Shown piece by piece: positions 38,159 to 47,784 of a stretch of DNA of 64,000 nucleotides (positions within the stretch are counted from its first letter, which is position 1; the number at the start of each line of letters is the position of its first letter). The notes beneath the pieces were generated by a model. The model ran no database searches and was not told where the DNA came from. It saw only the letters and a list, made by a program, of their open reading frames with translations. Source of the stretch: Candidatus Poribacteria bacterium (GTDB taxonomy: Bacteria > Poribacteria > WGA-4E > WGA-3G); the NCBI GenBank assembly GCA_965205015.1, contig OZ242029.1, positions 5,408,001 to 5,472,000 on the forward strand, read 5' to 3'. The position numbers and the translations under genes are program-made.

Positions 38159-39045
38159 TAATGACGGTAGGTCTCACCGATTAAGTTATTGGCAGCGCGG
38201 ACGGGCCGGAAAAGGGTCTGCCGTTTGGCTGGCATTTCAGCTAACAATTTCGGGTGCGGATCCCAATCGTGCCACTTGCTATTGACGGTATTGTAGCAAC
38301 TGAAAATAGCGAGTCGGTCATTTTCCGCATTCGTCCACGTGTGTGTACTATGGGTCAATGCCTCTGTGAAAAAGAGGAGGGACCCAGCCGGACACTCATA
38401 GGTATCCCAAATCGGAGAGTCCTGGCTTTGGATTGTGTCGGGTGCTGTGTAGACGGCTTTATGGCTCGCCGTAATAAACAGGGTGCCTCCCTGCCGATAT
38501 TTGACGGGATTCAGTTCCCAGACGATACGCGTTAAGCCGCTATAGCCTCTGCCGGGGATACACCGATAGAGGTGCGAATCACCGGGAAAACGGAGCATCC
38601 CGTTTCCGTTGTGGGGTCCAAAGTTTCCATCACCCGCTGTCCGATAGAACAAACTACACGATTCCATACGGAAACCGTAGCATTCCTGGCTCGACAACGC
38701 CGGATGCGCGAGAAACTCGTTGAGAAAACCGATGACATTCGGATGGTCGGCGAGCCGTTGCATAGGACCGCCGAGCGGGGAGCGTTCATGTTCGGGAATC
38801 GACTCGGGTTCGTGGCGGAGTTTGTACCCGAACTCTTGCATCTCTGCGAGCGTATCGCCCGACAACACGCCCGGCACTAAAAGCCATCCGCGCATGTCAA
38901 AGAGGTATTTCTGTTCTTGTGTCGGCGCGACGACGGGTGTCCCATCGGAGGTGGTCTCCGTGAGTTGTGCGTTATCAATGTCGAGTGCCGCCCCGAGGTT
39001 TTTATCAACAATAAACGGTTTGGTGTGATCCGTGACGGGTGCCAT
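38158..39045 (-). CDS. PhyH-like dioxygenase with an atypical metal motif
   Basis: QKYLFDMRGWL, PHNG, GGTLFITASHK, FTEALTHS. Start placed at MAPVTD. Confidence 0.75.
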   Translation of the reverse strand: MAPVTDHTKPFIVDKNLGAALDIDNAQLTETTSDGTPVVAPTQEQKYLFDMRGWLLVPGVLSGDTLAEMQEFGYKLRHEPESIPEHERSPLGGPMQRLADHPNVIGFLNEFLAHPALSSQECYGFRMESCSLFYRTAGDGNFGPHNGNGMLRFPGDSHLYRCIPGRGYSGLTRIVWELNPVKYRQGGTLFITASHKAVYTAPDTIQSQDSPIWDTYECPAGSLLFFTEALTHSTHTWTNAENDRLAIFSCYNTVNSKWHDWDPHPKLLAEMPAKRQTLFRPVRAANNLIGETYRH

Positions 39046-39094
39046 AATAGAAATCCTTTGTATTGACTGTTGGTTAATTCGCTGACCACTATTC

Positions 39095-40300
39095 TTATGC
39101 AGCTTTCGCGCGTTTGAGGGCATCCTCAGAGACGCTGAGTGTCTTCGCGACATCTTCATCGGTGTGCGACATGGACATGAACCAGATATGTCCCTCAGGC
39201 AGATATAAACCGCCATCTAAGGTCGCTTCGTAGAAGGTCTTCTGGAACCGCTGTTGGCGTTCATCGTCGCTGTCGGTACTCAAGCCGAAGTAAGGCATGG
39301 GTCCGATGCCACCGATGCGGGCATTCTCAATACCGAGCCGTGCCGTCATCTCTCTGTAGCCATCCAACAATTTCTGCCCCTGTTTCCACATAAAGGCGAC
39401 TCCATCCTTCGCCTCAAGTTCCGCAATTGTAGCGATTGCAGCGGCGACAAGCGATACCTCGCCGTGGAAGGTTGCGGCTACCCAGACATCGCTCACTTCA
39501 TCCATAATTTCTTTTTTCCCCACAACGACAGCCGTTGCAAACCCGTTGGCGAGTGCCTTTCCGAAAACCGACATATCGGGGGTGACCCCAAAGTATTCCT
39601 GCGCACCGCCCAACGAGTAGCGGAATCCGGTTTTGACTTCATCGAAAATCATCAAGGCACCGTTGGCATTGACGATCGCCTTTGCCTCTTCAAGATAATT
39701 GTCTTTGGGTAGGTCGTGTCCGGAAGGTTCCATAATCAAACACGCAATCTGATTGGGATGTGCTTTAAAGAGGTCAGCAAGTCCTTCGAGATCGTTGAAA
39801 TCGACGCTGAGTGTCGCAGCGGCAGCCCCCGATAGATGTCCGCGTGCGTGGCTACACCAATCGTGCCAACCGTGATACCCCGACCGAATCACTTTTTCTC
39901 TCCCGGTATATGCGCGAGCGAACTTAATCGCGCCGGTCGTTGCATCCGATCCCCCGACAAAATAAGCGACCCGATCCGCCGACGGGATAATCTGAACCAA
40001 CTTTTCGGCGAGTTCTACCTCAAGGGTATGTCCGAAATTATATACATTCCCTCGTTCAACGAGATATTTTGTGACCGTATCAATCACAGTCGGATAGGCG
40101 TGTCCAAGGATCATAGGTCCAAATCCCATCAGATAATCGATATAGTCGTTTCCATCGGCGTCCCAAAAATGTGCGCCTTTCGCGCCTGCGATCATAACAG
40201 GTCTCGGGGGCTGGCTCTGTTTATGGGGTTGCCCACCGCCGACCAATGCGGCTTTGGCTCGCTTCTGCCATGCGAGTGATTTTTCAAAACTGCGTCCCAT
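39095..40300 (-). CDS. class III aminotransferase (GSA-aminomutase-like)
   Basis: WDADGNDYIDY, GYHGW, IFDEVKTGFR, GKALANG. Confidence 0.9.
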   Translation of the reverse strand: MGRSFEKSLAWQKRAKAALVGGGQPHKQSQPPRPVMIAGAKGAHFWDADGNDYIDYLMGFGPMILGHAYPTVIDTVTKYLVERGNVYNFGHTLEVELAEKLVQIIPSADRVAYFVGGSDATTGAIKFARAYTGREKVIRSGYHGWHDWCSHARGHLSGAAAATLSVDFNDLEGLADLFKAHPNQIACLIMEPSGHDLPKDNYLEEAKAIVNANGALMIFDEVKTGFRYSLGGAQEYFGVTPDMSVFGKALANGFATAVVVGKKEIMDEVSDVWVAATFHGEVSLVAAAIATIAELEAKDGVAFMWKQGQKLLDGYREMTARLGIENARIGGIGPMPYFGLSTDSDDERQQRFQKTFYEATLDGGLYLPEGHIWFMSMSHTDEDVAKTLSVSEDALKRAKAA

Positions 40301-40394
40301 GCTGAAACCTCCAACGTTGGTATGTTGTGCGTTAAATCCGCTCTAATTTTATCTATTTTAACATAATTCGGAATTTGATGGCAGAATTTCTTTC

Positions 40395-40423
40395 TTGAAA
40401 ATTCCTCGTCTGTGGTATATAAT
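40395..40423 (+). promoter_or_regulatory. sigma70 promoter of the TA operon
   Basis: TTGAAA-N17-TATAAT, ending 6 nt before the ATG at 40430. Confidence 0.6.
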
Positions 40424-40429
40424 CGTTTT

Positions 40430-40747
40430 ATGGATATGCAGATTTACCGGGATGAAAATGGGAATGAGCCGTTTGAGCAGTGGCTTTCCTCAATTAGAGA
40501 CAATGCCACTTGGGCGCGAATCGACAACCGTCTCAAGCGGGTCCGGTCAGGTCTGTTAGGCGACCATCGTTTAATAGGTGAAGGCGTGTTTGAGTTACGC
40601 TTAGATTTTGGTCCTGGTTACCGAATTTATTTTGGGAGAATCGGGCGTGAACACATTTTGCTTCTAATGGGTGGAGATAAGAATTCCCAGCGGAGGGACA
40701 TCGCGATAGCGAAACGGTACTGGCAGGATTTTAAGGAGTCAATGTGA
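40430..40747 (+). CDS. RelE/ParE-superfamily addiction-module killer protein (HI1419-like)
   Basis: PFEQWL...GEGVFELRLDFGPGYRIYFG...LLMGGDKNSQRRDI. Confidence 0.88.
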   Translation: MDMQIYRDENGNEPFEQWLSSIRDNATWARIDNRLKRVRSGLLGDHRLIGEGVFELRLDFGPGYRIYFGRIGREHILLLMGGDKNSQRRDIAIAKRYWQDFKESM

Positions 40748-40989
40748 TGAGAAAATATAGGAATTACGAAGAGAGCCTCAAGGAGCGATTGGCAGATCCT
40801 GCGTATGCAAAGGAGTATCTTGCCGTAGCACTCGAGGAATATGAGGAAGATGGTAACATTGAAGCGTTTTTGCTTGCAGTCAAAGACGTGGAAAACGCTC
40901 AAGGGGATTTATCAAAGTTAGCAGCGAACGTCCAGCTGAGCCACCAGAGTCTTTATAAGGTATTGTCCGAACATGAAATAATACGATAA
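40747..40989 (+). CDS. addiction-module antidote protein (HI1420-like), probably C-terminally truncated
   Basis: LADPAYAKEYL...EAFLLAVKDV...QSLYKVLS then an early stop. Coupled to the toxin through TGATG. Confidence 0.75.
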   Translation: MRKYRNYEESLKERLADPAYAKEYLAVALEEYEEDGNIEAFLLAVKDVENAQGDLSKLAANVQLSHQSLYKVLSEHEIIR

Positions 40990-41022
40990 AAGTTATAGTA
41001 AGTGTTAGAAAAAGGGGGAAAG

Positions 41023-42411
41023 ATGGCAGTACACCTTTTGACAGACGCGCAGATGCGGCATTTCATTGTGAACGGTTATGTGACCGTCACTACCGAATTG
41101 CCTGCGCAATTTCACGATGCAATCTACGAGAAGACGGTAACGGTCTTTGACAAGGAAGGCAATCCGGGTAATAACATGATACCGCGGATCCCAGAGATTC
41201 AGCAAATTCTTGACGATCCGAACGTGAGTGGGGCTTTGACCAGTCTGCTTGGCGCGGACTATTATAAGCAACCGCACCGCCATCCGCACTACAATCCACC
41301 GGGTAGCAATGGACAGGGAATGCACCAAGATGGTGGGAAACGCTGGTCTCATCACACCCGCAGACTGCTGGTTTTCTATTATCCGCAAGATACCCCCATC
41401 GAACTCGGTCCAACGGGTATAGTCCCGATGAGCCATTATTATAGCACGCGTGAAGGGGCGGAGATCTCTCCAGAACAACCAATTGTCGGGAAAGCGGGAA
41501 CAGTCGCTTTTGCAAACTATGACCTCTGGCACCGGGCAATGCCCAACAGTAGCGAGAAGAAACGCTACATGATGAAGTTCCTCTACGCTCGGATGTCAGA
41601 ACCGCACGAACCCACCTGGGCAAACAAGGAAACAGAGTGGGCAAACGGCACATCTGTGGGACCTATCGAACATCAGGAGATGTTTCGACACCTTTGGAAC
41701 TGGCATCGGGGCAAGGAATTCGGGGTTGAAAACCCCTCCCACAACAAAACATCGAACGGGGAATCATTATCCGGTTTAATCAGTTCTCTCAATAGCACAT
41801 CGGAATCGACAGGATTGCAGGCGGCTTATGAAATGCCAAAATTTGGTGAGAAGGCGGTGCCTGCCTTGGTTCGGTGTTTGCAAGATGAATCGGAGATGAC
41901 GCGCCGAAATGCCTGTTACGCCCTCAATGCGGTCGGAACGCCGGTCGTTGATGCCTTACAAGAGGCGTTGAAAGATTCCCGTGAACACGTGCGGGATAAC
42001 GCTGCGGAAGCACTCGGTGACTTGGGACATAAGGCAGAATCCGCGGTGCCTGCGTTGGTGGAAACGTTAGCAGCGGATACTTCAGGTTCTGTGCGGTCAC
42101 ACACAATAGAGGCATTAGGAACGACGAGTCAAGCGAGTTCAATTGCTGTTCCCGGTCTTGTGAAGGCATTAGAGGATTCGCACGAGGGTGCCCGGCGAAA
42201 TGCGGTCTTCGCGCTGGCGCGGATTGGTCCGAACGCGACTGCGGCGGTTGAAGGGTTACAGAATGTGTTGTTCGATGAAAACCGTTATGTCCGCGGTGAT
42301 GCGGTCCACGCACTCCACCGTATCGGCACACCGGCAGCGAAGGCAGCCCTCCTTGGTTACCTTGAGACGACCCGCTGGTGCCCGCTGACCTCAAAAGAGA
42401 GTACGTTTTAG
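41023..42411 (+). CDS. PhyH-family dioxygenase fused to HEAT repeats
   Basis: MHQD, GPTGIVPMSH, YDLWHR; C-terminal VRDNAAEALGDLG / AVPALVETL repeats. Confidence 0.85.
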   Translation: MAVHLLTDAQMRHFIVNGYVTVTTELPAQFHDAIYEKTVTVFDKEGNPGNNMIPRIPEIQQILDDPNVSGALTSLLGADYYKQPHRHPHYNPPGSNGQGMHQDGGKRWSHHTRRLLVFYYPQDTPIELGPTGIVPMSHYYSTREGAEISPEQPIVGKAGTVAFANYDLWHRAMPNSSEKKRYMMKFLYARMSEPHEPTWANKETEWANGTSVGPIEHQEMFRHLWNWHRGKEFGVENPSHNKTSNGESLSGLISSLNSTSESTGLQAAYEMPKFGEKAVPALVRCLQDESEMTRRNACYALNAVGTPVVDALQEALKDSREHVRDNAAEALGDLGHKAESAVPALVETLAADTSGSVRSHTIEALGTTSQASSIAVPGLVKALEDSHEGARRNAVFALARIGPNATAAVEGLQNVLFDENRYVRGDAVHALHRIGTPAAKAALLGYLETTRWCPLTSKESTF

Positions 42412-42436
42412 GTGAAAAAGATTGCTACATAGAACG

Positions 42437-42463
42437 GGCGAGGTTGGGAAACCTCGCCAGCGA
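42437..42463. repeat. palindromic repeat between convergent genes (possible terminator)
   Basis: GGCGAGGTT-GGGA-AACCTCGCC-AGCGA, same as 2613. Confidence 0.65.
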
Positions 42464-42500
42464 TCGGTATAAAATGGGATTCAAGAACGCGAGGTAATGC

Positions 42501-43217
42501 CTACGTAAAGAATTCCTCGTTATACGGGCGGACATCCACCTCAAAAGTCCACGCGCTCCGCTCCTGCTGTATCAACGCCCAATAGGTATCGGCAATCGCA
42601 TCGGGTTCAAGGAGCGGTTCATTCTCGGCGAGTTTATAGCGTTGTCGCACCCCCGGTGTATCAATGACGCCATCAATGATGACATGGGCGACGTGAATGC
42701 CGTGCGGACCGACTTCGCGGGCGAGTGCGGATGCTAAGCCGCGCGTCGCATACTTGGCACTGCTGAACGCTAACGCGTTTGCCCTACCACGAACAGCAGA
42801 GGTCGCCCCTGTAAAGAGAATCTTCCCGCCGCCTTTCTTGAGCATCCCCGGAACCACCTGTTTTGAACAGAGGAACCCACCGAGGGTGCAAACACGCCAC
42901 GCCCCTTCAAACGCTTCGGGGGTAAGGTCTGCGAAACTCCCCCACGCGGCGTTTGCGGCATGATTCACCAAAATATCGGGATCGCCGAGTTCCGCTCGAA
43001 TACGATCGAAACTCCCTGATACCTGCTCAGCATCAGCAATATCCGTGGGAATAGGGATAACTGTGCGTCCGGATTCTCCCAATCTCGTGGATAGGTTCTT
43101 AATGTAGGCGGATGAGCGAGAGAGGAGTGCTACATCGCAGCCTTCCTGTACAAATTTACGCGCAAGCGCAGCCCCTAAGCCGGGACCCACACCCGCGATA
43201 ACTGCTGTTTTTTTCAT
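42501..43217 (-). CDS. SDR family oxidoreductase
   Basis: AGVGPGLG, FTGATSA, FSSAK, HVAHVIIDG. Confidence 0.9.
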   Translation of the reverse strand: MKKTAVIAGVGPGLGAALARKFVQEGCDVALLSRSSAYIKNLSTRLGESGRTVIPIPTDIADAEQVSGSFDRIRAELGDPDILVNHAANAAWGSFADLTPEAFEGAWRVCTLGGFLCSKQVVPGMLKKGGGKILFTGATSAVRGRANALAFSSAKYATRGLASALAREVGPHGIHVAHVIIDGVIDTPGVRQRYKLAENEPLLEPDAIADTYWALIQQERSAWTFEVDVRPYNEEFFT

Positions 43218-43228
43218 AGTGATTCCTT

Positions 43229-44440
43229 TTACTCGTGTCTGAGCGCATCAATCGGATGAAGTTTTGCTGCCTTCCACGCGGGATACGCCCCGAAAAAGAC
43301 CCCTACCAACGCGCTAACAACAAAAGCGGCTGCTGCGTACATCAGTGAGACAACGGTCCGCCATCCCCAGATGGATGGCACCATCTCGGCACCGATGATT
43401 CCAACGCCAATCCCGACAAGCCCGCCAACAAGCGCGAGCGTTGTAGATTCAACAAGGAATTGAACGAGGATATCGGCGCGCTGCGCACCCACGGCTTTTC
43501 GGAGCCCAATCTCCTTCGTCCGCTCCGTCACAGAGACGAGCATGATGTTCATAATACCGATACCACCGACGACAAGTGAAACGATCGCAATTCCTAAAAT
43601 CATGTTGGTAAAGGTCTGACTTGATTCCTCCAGGGTTTCCATGAATTCCGCTTGGTTTCTGATGTGAAAGTCGAGTTCCTTGTTTATTGGGATCTTGTGT
43701 TGCTTGCGGAGCAGCTCTGTCACCTCAGTTTCCGCTGCTTGAATGAGTTTATCGTCATTTGCCTGTATACTGATACTCGACAGGTATTCCTCCCCAAAAA
43801 CGCGTTTCATAGCCGTCGTATAAGGAATGAAAACCTGATCATCTGGGTTTCGCCATCCGCTCGCGCCTTTCTCTTTCATAACTCCCAAGACGTGAAAACC
43901 GACCCCTTTAATTTTCACTGTCTTGCCGACGGGTTCTATGGTTTCAAAGAGACTGTCAGCAACGGTTTTTCCGAGGACACATACGCGCTGACGGTATCGA
44001 ATGTCGCTATCCGTAAAAAATCGTCCCTTTTCAACGGTAAAATTTGCGGTGACGAGATATTCTGGGGAGGTCCCAACGATAGTCGTGTTTGTATTTTTAT
44101 TCAGGTACTTCACCTGTGCGCGATTGCTTACCTCTGGGGTGACATACCCAAAAGTCTCGCCGCGTTCTTGTAACGCCTCTATATCCTCGACAGTGAGGCT
44201 TTTACGGGCATCAGCAGAACCACGTCCCCGAAACATGCTCTGCCCGGGTCGGACGGCGAGGATGTTCGCACCCAGTGTCTGAATCCGTTCGGTGATGTCG
44301 GCTTTCGCGCCTTCACCAATTGAGGTCGTGGTTATAATTGCGCCAACACCGATGATAACGCCCAACATTGTCAACAGGGATCGGAGTTTATTTGCCAATA
44401 AGGCACTCAATGCATTTGTAAGACTCTCCAAGATACTCAT
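43229..44440 (-). CDS. MacB/FtsX-type ABC transporter permease
   Basis: NKLRSLLTMLGVIIGV, GGIGIMNIMLVSVTERTKEIGLRKAVGA, PIDALRHE. Confidence 0.92.
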   Translation of the reverse strand: MSILESLTNALSALLANKLRSLLTMLGVIIGVGAIITTTSIGEGAKADITERIQTLGANILAVRPGQSMFRGRGSADARKSLTVEDIEALQERGETFGYVTPEVSNRAQVKYLNKNTNTTIVGTSPEYLVTANFTVEKGRFFTDSDIRYRQRVCVLGKTVADSLFETIEPVGKTVKIKGVGFHVLGVMKEKGASGWRNPDDQVFIPYTTAMKRVFGEEYLSSISIQANDDKLIQAAETEVTELLRKQHKIPINKELDFHIRNQAEFMETLEESSQTFTNMILGIAIVSLVVGGIGIMNIMLVSVTERTKEIGLRKAVGAQRADILVQFLVESTTLALVGGLVGIGVGIIGAEMVPSIWGWRTVVSLMYAAAAFVVSALVGVFFGAYPAWKAAKLHPIDALRHE

Positions 44441-44474
44441 AGCATTTCCTCCCAGCACCATTCAGCCTAAAGAT

Positions 44475-44555
44475 GAGTTCCCTCCTACACACCTGGTGAT
44501 AGTATAAGAATGCGTCGGGAATCGGAGTTCCCTCCTACACACCTGGTGATAGTAT
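44475..44555. repeat. 31-bp direct duplication containing a family-B repeat
   Basis: GAGTTCCCTCCTACACACCTGGTGATAGTAT at 44475 and 44525. Confidence 0.85.
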
Positions 44556-46625
44556 TTACCGTCCTCGAGGACCGCCGCCACCGCCCATTCGACGCATTGT
44601 GGAAGCGGGGTTCTGCATCATGCGTCGCCGCCAATCCTCGCCGCCACCCCCGCGCTCAAAACCTCCGATTGCGACGACATCTCCTTCAGTAAGCCCAGAA
44701 ACGATTTCGATCTTGTCAAAGCTGCTGACACCCGCCACAATCGGTTGTGGACGGCCGGGTTGCCCGTCTTCACCAACAAGTCTGACCATCTTCCTGCCTC
44801 GCATATCAAGGACCGCCTCAGCAGGCAGCGTCAGAATGCCAATTTTATTGACGGCTGAGATTTGAACGCTGGCATTCATGCCGGGTTTGAGGAAGGGTAT
44901 CTTTGCATCTTCAGTCTCTGTTGATTCGGGTTGTGCGGGTGCTTCTTCAACAGGAGCTTCCGCAAAAAAGCCGCCGAAAAGTCCACCCCAATCGTCTGCG
45001 TCATCAGTATCTTCCGCCTTCGCAACAGGCTGCTCCTGTGTCGGTTGCGTGGGAGTTTCTTGGGAGGTGGGTCTTGATCTTTCACCGGTACCACCACCCT
45101 CTGCCTGGCGTTGTTGACGCATTGCCCGGAAACGTGCGCGCTGCTCTTCCGTCATATTTGCCAAGTCCGGACGGGTACCACCGCCTTGCCATCTTCCGGG
45201 ACCCCCCCGCATCCCTTGCGGTGTTCCTGTAGCTTCCACATTTTTCAACTCGGAGGTTACTTCAAAAGTCGTCACATTCTGAAGAGACAGTCCTTGGGGT
45301 GCGATCTTCAAGACTTCGCCCTGAAATGGTGTATCGGGATAGGCTTCGACTGTAATCGTCACGGGTTGTCCTATCTCCACCTTACCGATGTCGGTTTCAT
45401 CTACCTCTGTTACGACATAGACGGTGTCAAGGTCTGCCATGGTGACAAGCGTCTGTCCTTCTTCTGAGGCGAGCGAGGAGAGGCGCGAGGTAATCACCTG
45501 CCCCTGCTCCACTTTCTTTTCCAGGATTGTTCCAGCGATGGGTGCCTTGATGATGGTATCGTCATATTCAATTTGACGGAGTTCGAGCTGCGTTTCACTG
45601 CGTTTGACGGATGAGCGTGCGGTCTCCAGATCGCGTTGTTTACGTTCGATCTGTTTCCGGTTCGCTCTTGTGAGTTTCAAAGCCTCTTCCGCTTGGACGA
45701 TCCGTTGCTGCTGAAGTTCGATATCCATGTCTCGGGTGGCTTCCGCCTCCACTCGCTCTCTGGCAACTTCAAGGTTAAATTCCGCCTTTTTAATATCGGC
45801 GGCTCCCAATTCGAGTTCAGCCTCAGTCGCTGGTTCCTCAACCAATTTCAGATTTTCTTCAGCAGACCGATGCCGCGCTTGTGCTGATTTAAGCTGTGCC
45901 TGTGAAGACTCTAAGGAGGCTTGTGAAATGAGTTCTTTCTCGTAAAGTTTTTTATTTCGCTCATGCTCTGCTGTTACCAACTCTAAGTTTGCCGCTTCCT
46001 GATCCAGGGAGTTTTTCGCGCGCCGTCTATTTTCTTCCCGGACTTCATCGGAGGTTAGCAACTTATACCGAATTTTGGCAATATTGAGGCTATTTTCTGC
46101 ATCCATTACACCCCGGGCATTCGCTATCTTTTCAAGACGGATCTCTTCCTTCAACTGGACGAGTCGCTGCTGGGCTTCAATCAGAGATTCCTCCGCCTGA
46201 CGAATCTGGATTGCTGACTGCTCCTTCTGGAGTTCAAAGTCAATTTCTGCCTGTTGCAAACGCGCTTGCGCAGATCTCAAATCGGCTTCAGCCTGCTCCA
46301 AACTAATTTGGACGTAAGTGGTTTCGATGACGGCAATGATTTCATCTTTCTCGACGTAATCACCCGCATCAACTCTGAGTTCCAGAATCTTTCCGCTCGC
46401 TTTGGAACTGACTTCAACAATATTCAACGGCTTAATAGTGCCTGTGGCATCAATCGTCACAGCAATATCGCCGCGTTCGACCATTGCCGTTTTTACCTCT
46501 GATGCCTCAGCACTGTCTGTACCGTTCCCGTTCGTAAATACGATGAATCCTACGGCAACGGCGGCTCCTATCAGTAGCACCGCGCCAACAATTGCAACAA
46601 TTTTCCATTTCCCTAATCCTAACAT
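44556..46625 (-). CDS. efflux periplasmic adaptor (MacA/HlyD-like) with a long coiled coil and a low-complexity insertion
   Basis: N-terminal TM, VEVSSKASGKI, IKAPIAGTI, EVDETDIGKVEIGQ, LKPGMNASV. Confidence 0.88.
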   Translation of the reverse strand: MLGLGKWKIVAIVGAVLLIGAAVAVGFIVFTNGNGTDSAEASEVKTAMVERGDIAVTIDATGTIKPLNIVEVSSKASGKILELRVDAGDYVEKDEIIAVIETTYVQISLEQAEADLRSAQARLQQAEIDFELQKEQSAIQIRQAEESLIEAQQRLVQLKEEIRLEKIANARGVMDAENSLNIAKIRYKLLTSDEVREENRRRAKNSLDQEAANLELVTAEHERNKKLYEKELISQASLESSQAQLKSAQARHRSAEENLKLVEEPATEAELELGAADIKKAEFNLEVARERVEAEATRDMDIELQQQRIVQAEEALKLTRANRKQIERKQRDLETARSSVKRSETQLELRQIEYDDTIIKAPIAGTILEKKVEQGQVITSRLSSLASEEGQTLVTMADLDTVYVVTEVDETDIGKVEIGQPVTITVEAYPDTPFQGEVLKIAPQGLSLQNVTTFEVTSELKNVEATGTPQGMRGGPGRWQGGGTRPDLANMTEEQRARFRAMRQQRQAEGGGTGERSRPTSQETPTQPTQEQPVAKAEDTDDADDWGGLFGGFFAEAPVEEAPAQPESTETEDAKIPFLKPGMNASVQISAVNKIGILTLPAEAVLDMRGRKMVRLVGEDGQPGRPQPIVAGVSSFDKIEIVSGLTEGDVVAIGGFERGGGGEDWRRRMMQNPASTMRRMGGGGGPRGR

Positions 46626-46749
46626 GGAAACCCCCTCCTGACCTTAAATAATATGCTTCTCCGTGCCACCCTCACTCACTAAAAGCGTTCACTGTTTAAG
46701 TTAGTCAAATCCGCAAGAGAAAAGTTCGACTTTTCGGTGGACTTGACTT

Positions 46750-47763
46750 CTACAAACTCGGCATATCGACCGCGCTGTCTCGCCGTTCATGCATATTTTT
46801 TTCCATCGCTTCAGGATACCGATCTGGAAGATGTGAGACTTTATTGAGTTTTTGAAGGGCATCGCCTTCAAGCCTCCACCCGGATGCCCCGAGATTATCG
46901 CGTAAATGCCCCGTATGCCTCGCCCCGACGATCACTGAAGTCATTGTTCGCTGTTCAAGCACCCATCGGAGCGCAACTTGAGCAGGACTATGTCCAAGTT
47001 CGTCAGAAACGTCAAGGAGTGCCTGTAACGTTTCATCGGCGTTGTCGGCGAAATAGCGTTCTGGATACGCCCACCCTTCAGCCGATCGCGTTCCGCCTTG
47101 TGTGCGTTCGCCCGGTCTATATTTCCCAGAGAGAAATCCACCCGCTAACGGACTCCACACGACGACACCAAGCCCTTTACGTTCACAGAGGGGTACAATC
47201 TCTTGCTCTATATCTCGAACGACGAGACTGTATTGCGGTTGATAGCATGCAAATCGGACCCAATTGTTTACATCGCTGAGCCATAACGCTTCGGACAGTC
47301 GCCACGCTTGGTAGTTGCTACACGCCGTATAGCGGACTTTCCCTTGTTGAACGAGATCGTCCAGCGCGCGGAGCATCTCCTCTAACGGTGTTTGCGTATC
47401 AACGTGATGAATATAGTAGATGTCTACATAGTCCATCTGCAGGCGTTTGAGGCTATCGTCAATCGCCTGCATGATATGGGCGCGAGACATCCCGGAATCG
47501 TTGGGACCGGTGCCCATCGGGTTGAAAAATTTGGTTGCGATGACCGCATCGCGTCGTCTGCCCTTGAGTGCCTTGCCGAGGAGGACTTCGGATTCGCCTT
47601 CGGCATAAGAGTTCGCTGTATCAAAAAAGTTGACCCCCGCATCCAGCGCGAGGTCCACCATGCGGTTTGTTTCTGCCTCGTCGGCACCGTGACCAAAGGT
47701 CATTGTTCCTAAACAGATTTCGGATACCTTAATCCCGCTTCTTCCGAGTCTTCTATATTCCAC
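46750..47763 (-). CDS. aldo/keto reductase
   Basis: LGRSGIKVSEICLGTMTF, FFDTANSY, WSPLAGGFLSGKY. Confidence 0.92.
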   Translation of the reverse strand: MEYRRLGRSGIKVSEICLGTMTFGHGADEAETNRMVDLALDAGVNFFDTANSYAEGESEVLLGKALKGRRRDAVIATKFFNPMGTGPNDSGMSRAHIMQAIDDSLKRLQMDYVDIYYIHHVDTQTPLEEMLRALDDLVQQGKVRYTACSNYQAWRLSEALWLSDVNNWVRFACYQPQYSLVVRDIEQEIVPLCERKGLGVVVWSPLAGGFLSGKYRPGERTQGGTRSAEGWAYPERYFADNADETLQALLDVSDELGHSPAQVALRWVLEQRTMTSVIVGARHTGHLRDNLGASGWRLEGDALQKLNKVSHLPDRYPEAMEKNMHERRDSAVDMPSL

Positions 47764-47784
47764 GTTTTTCCTCCGTTTTATAGT

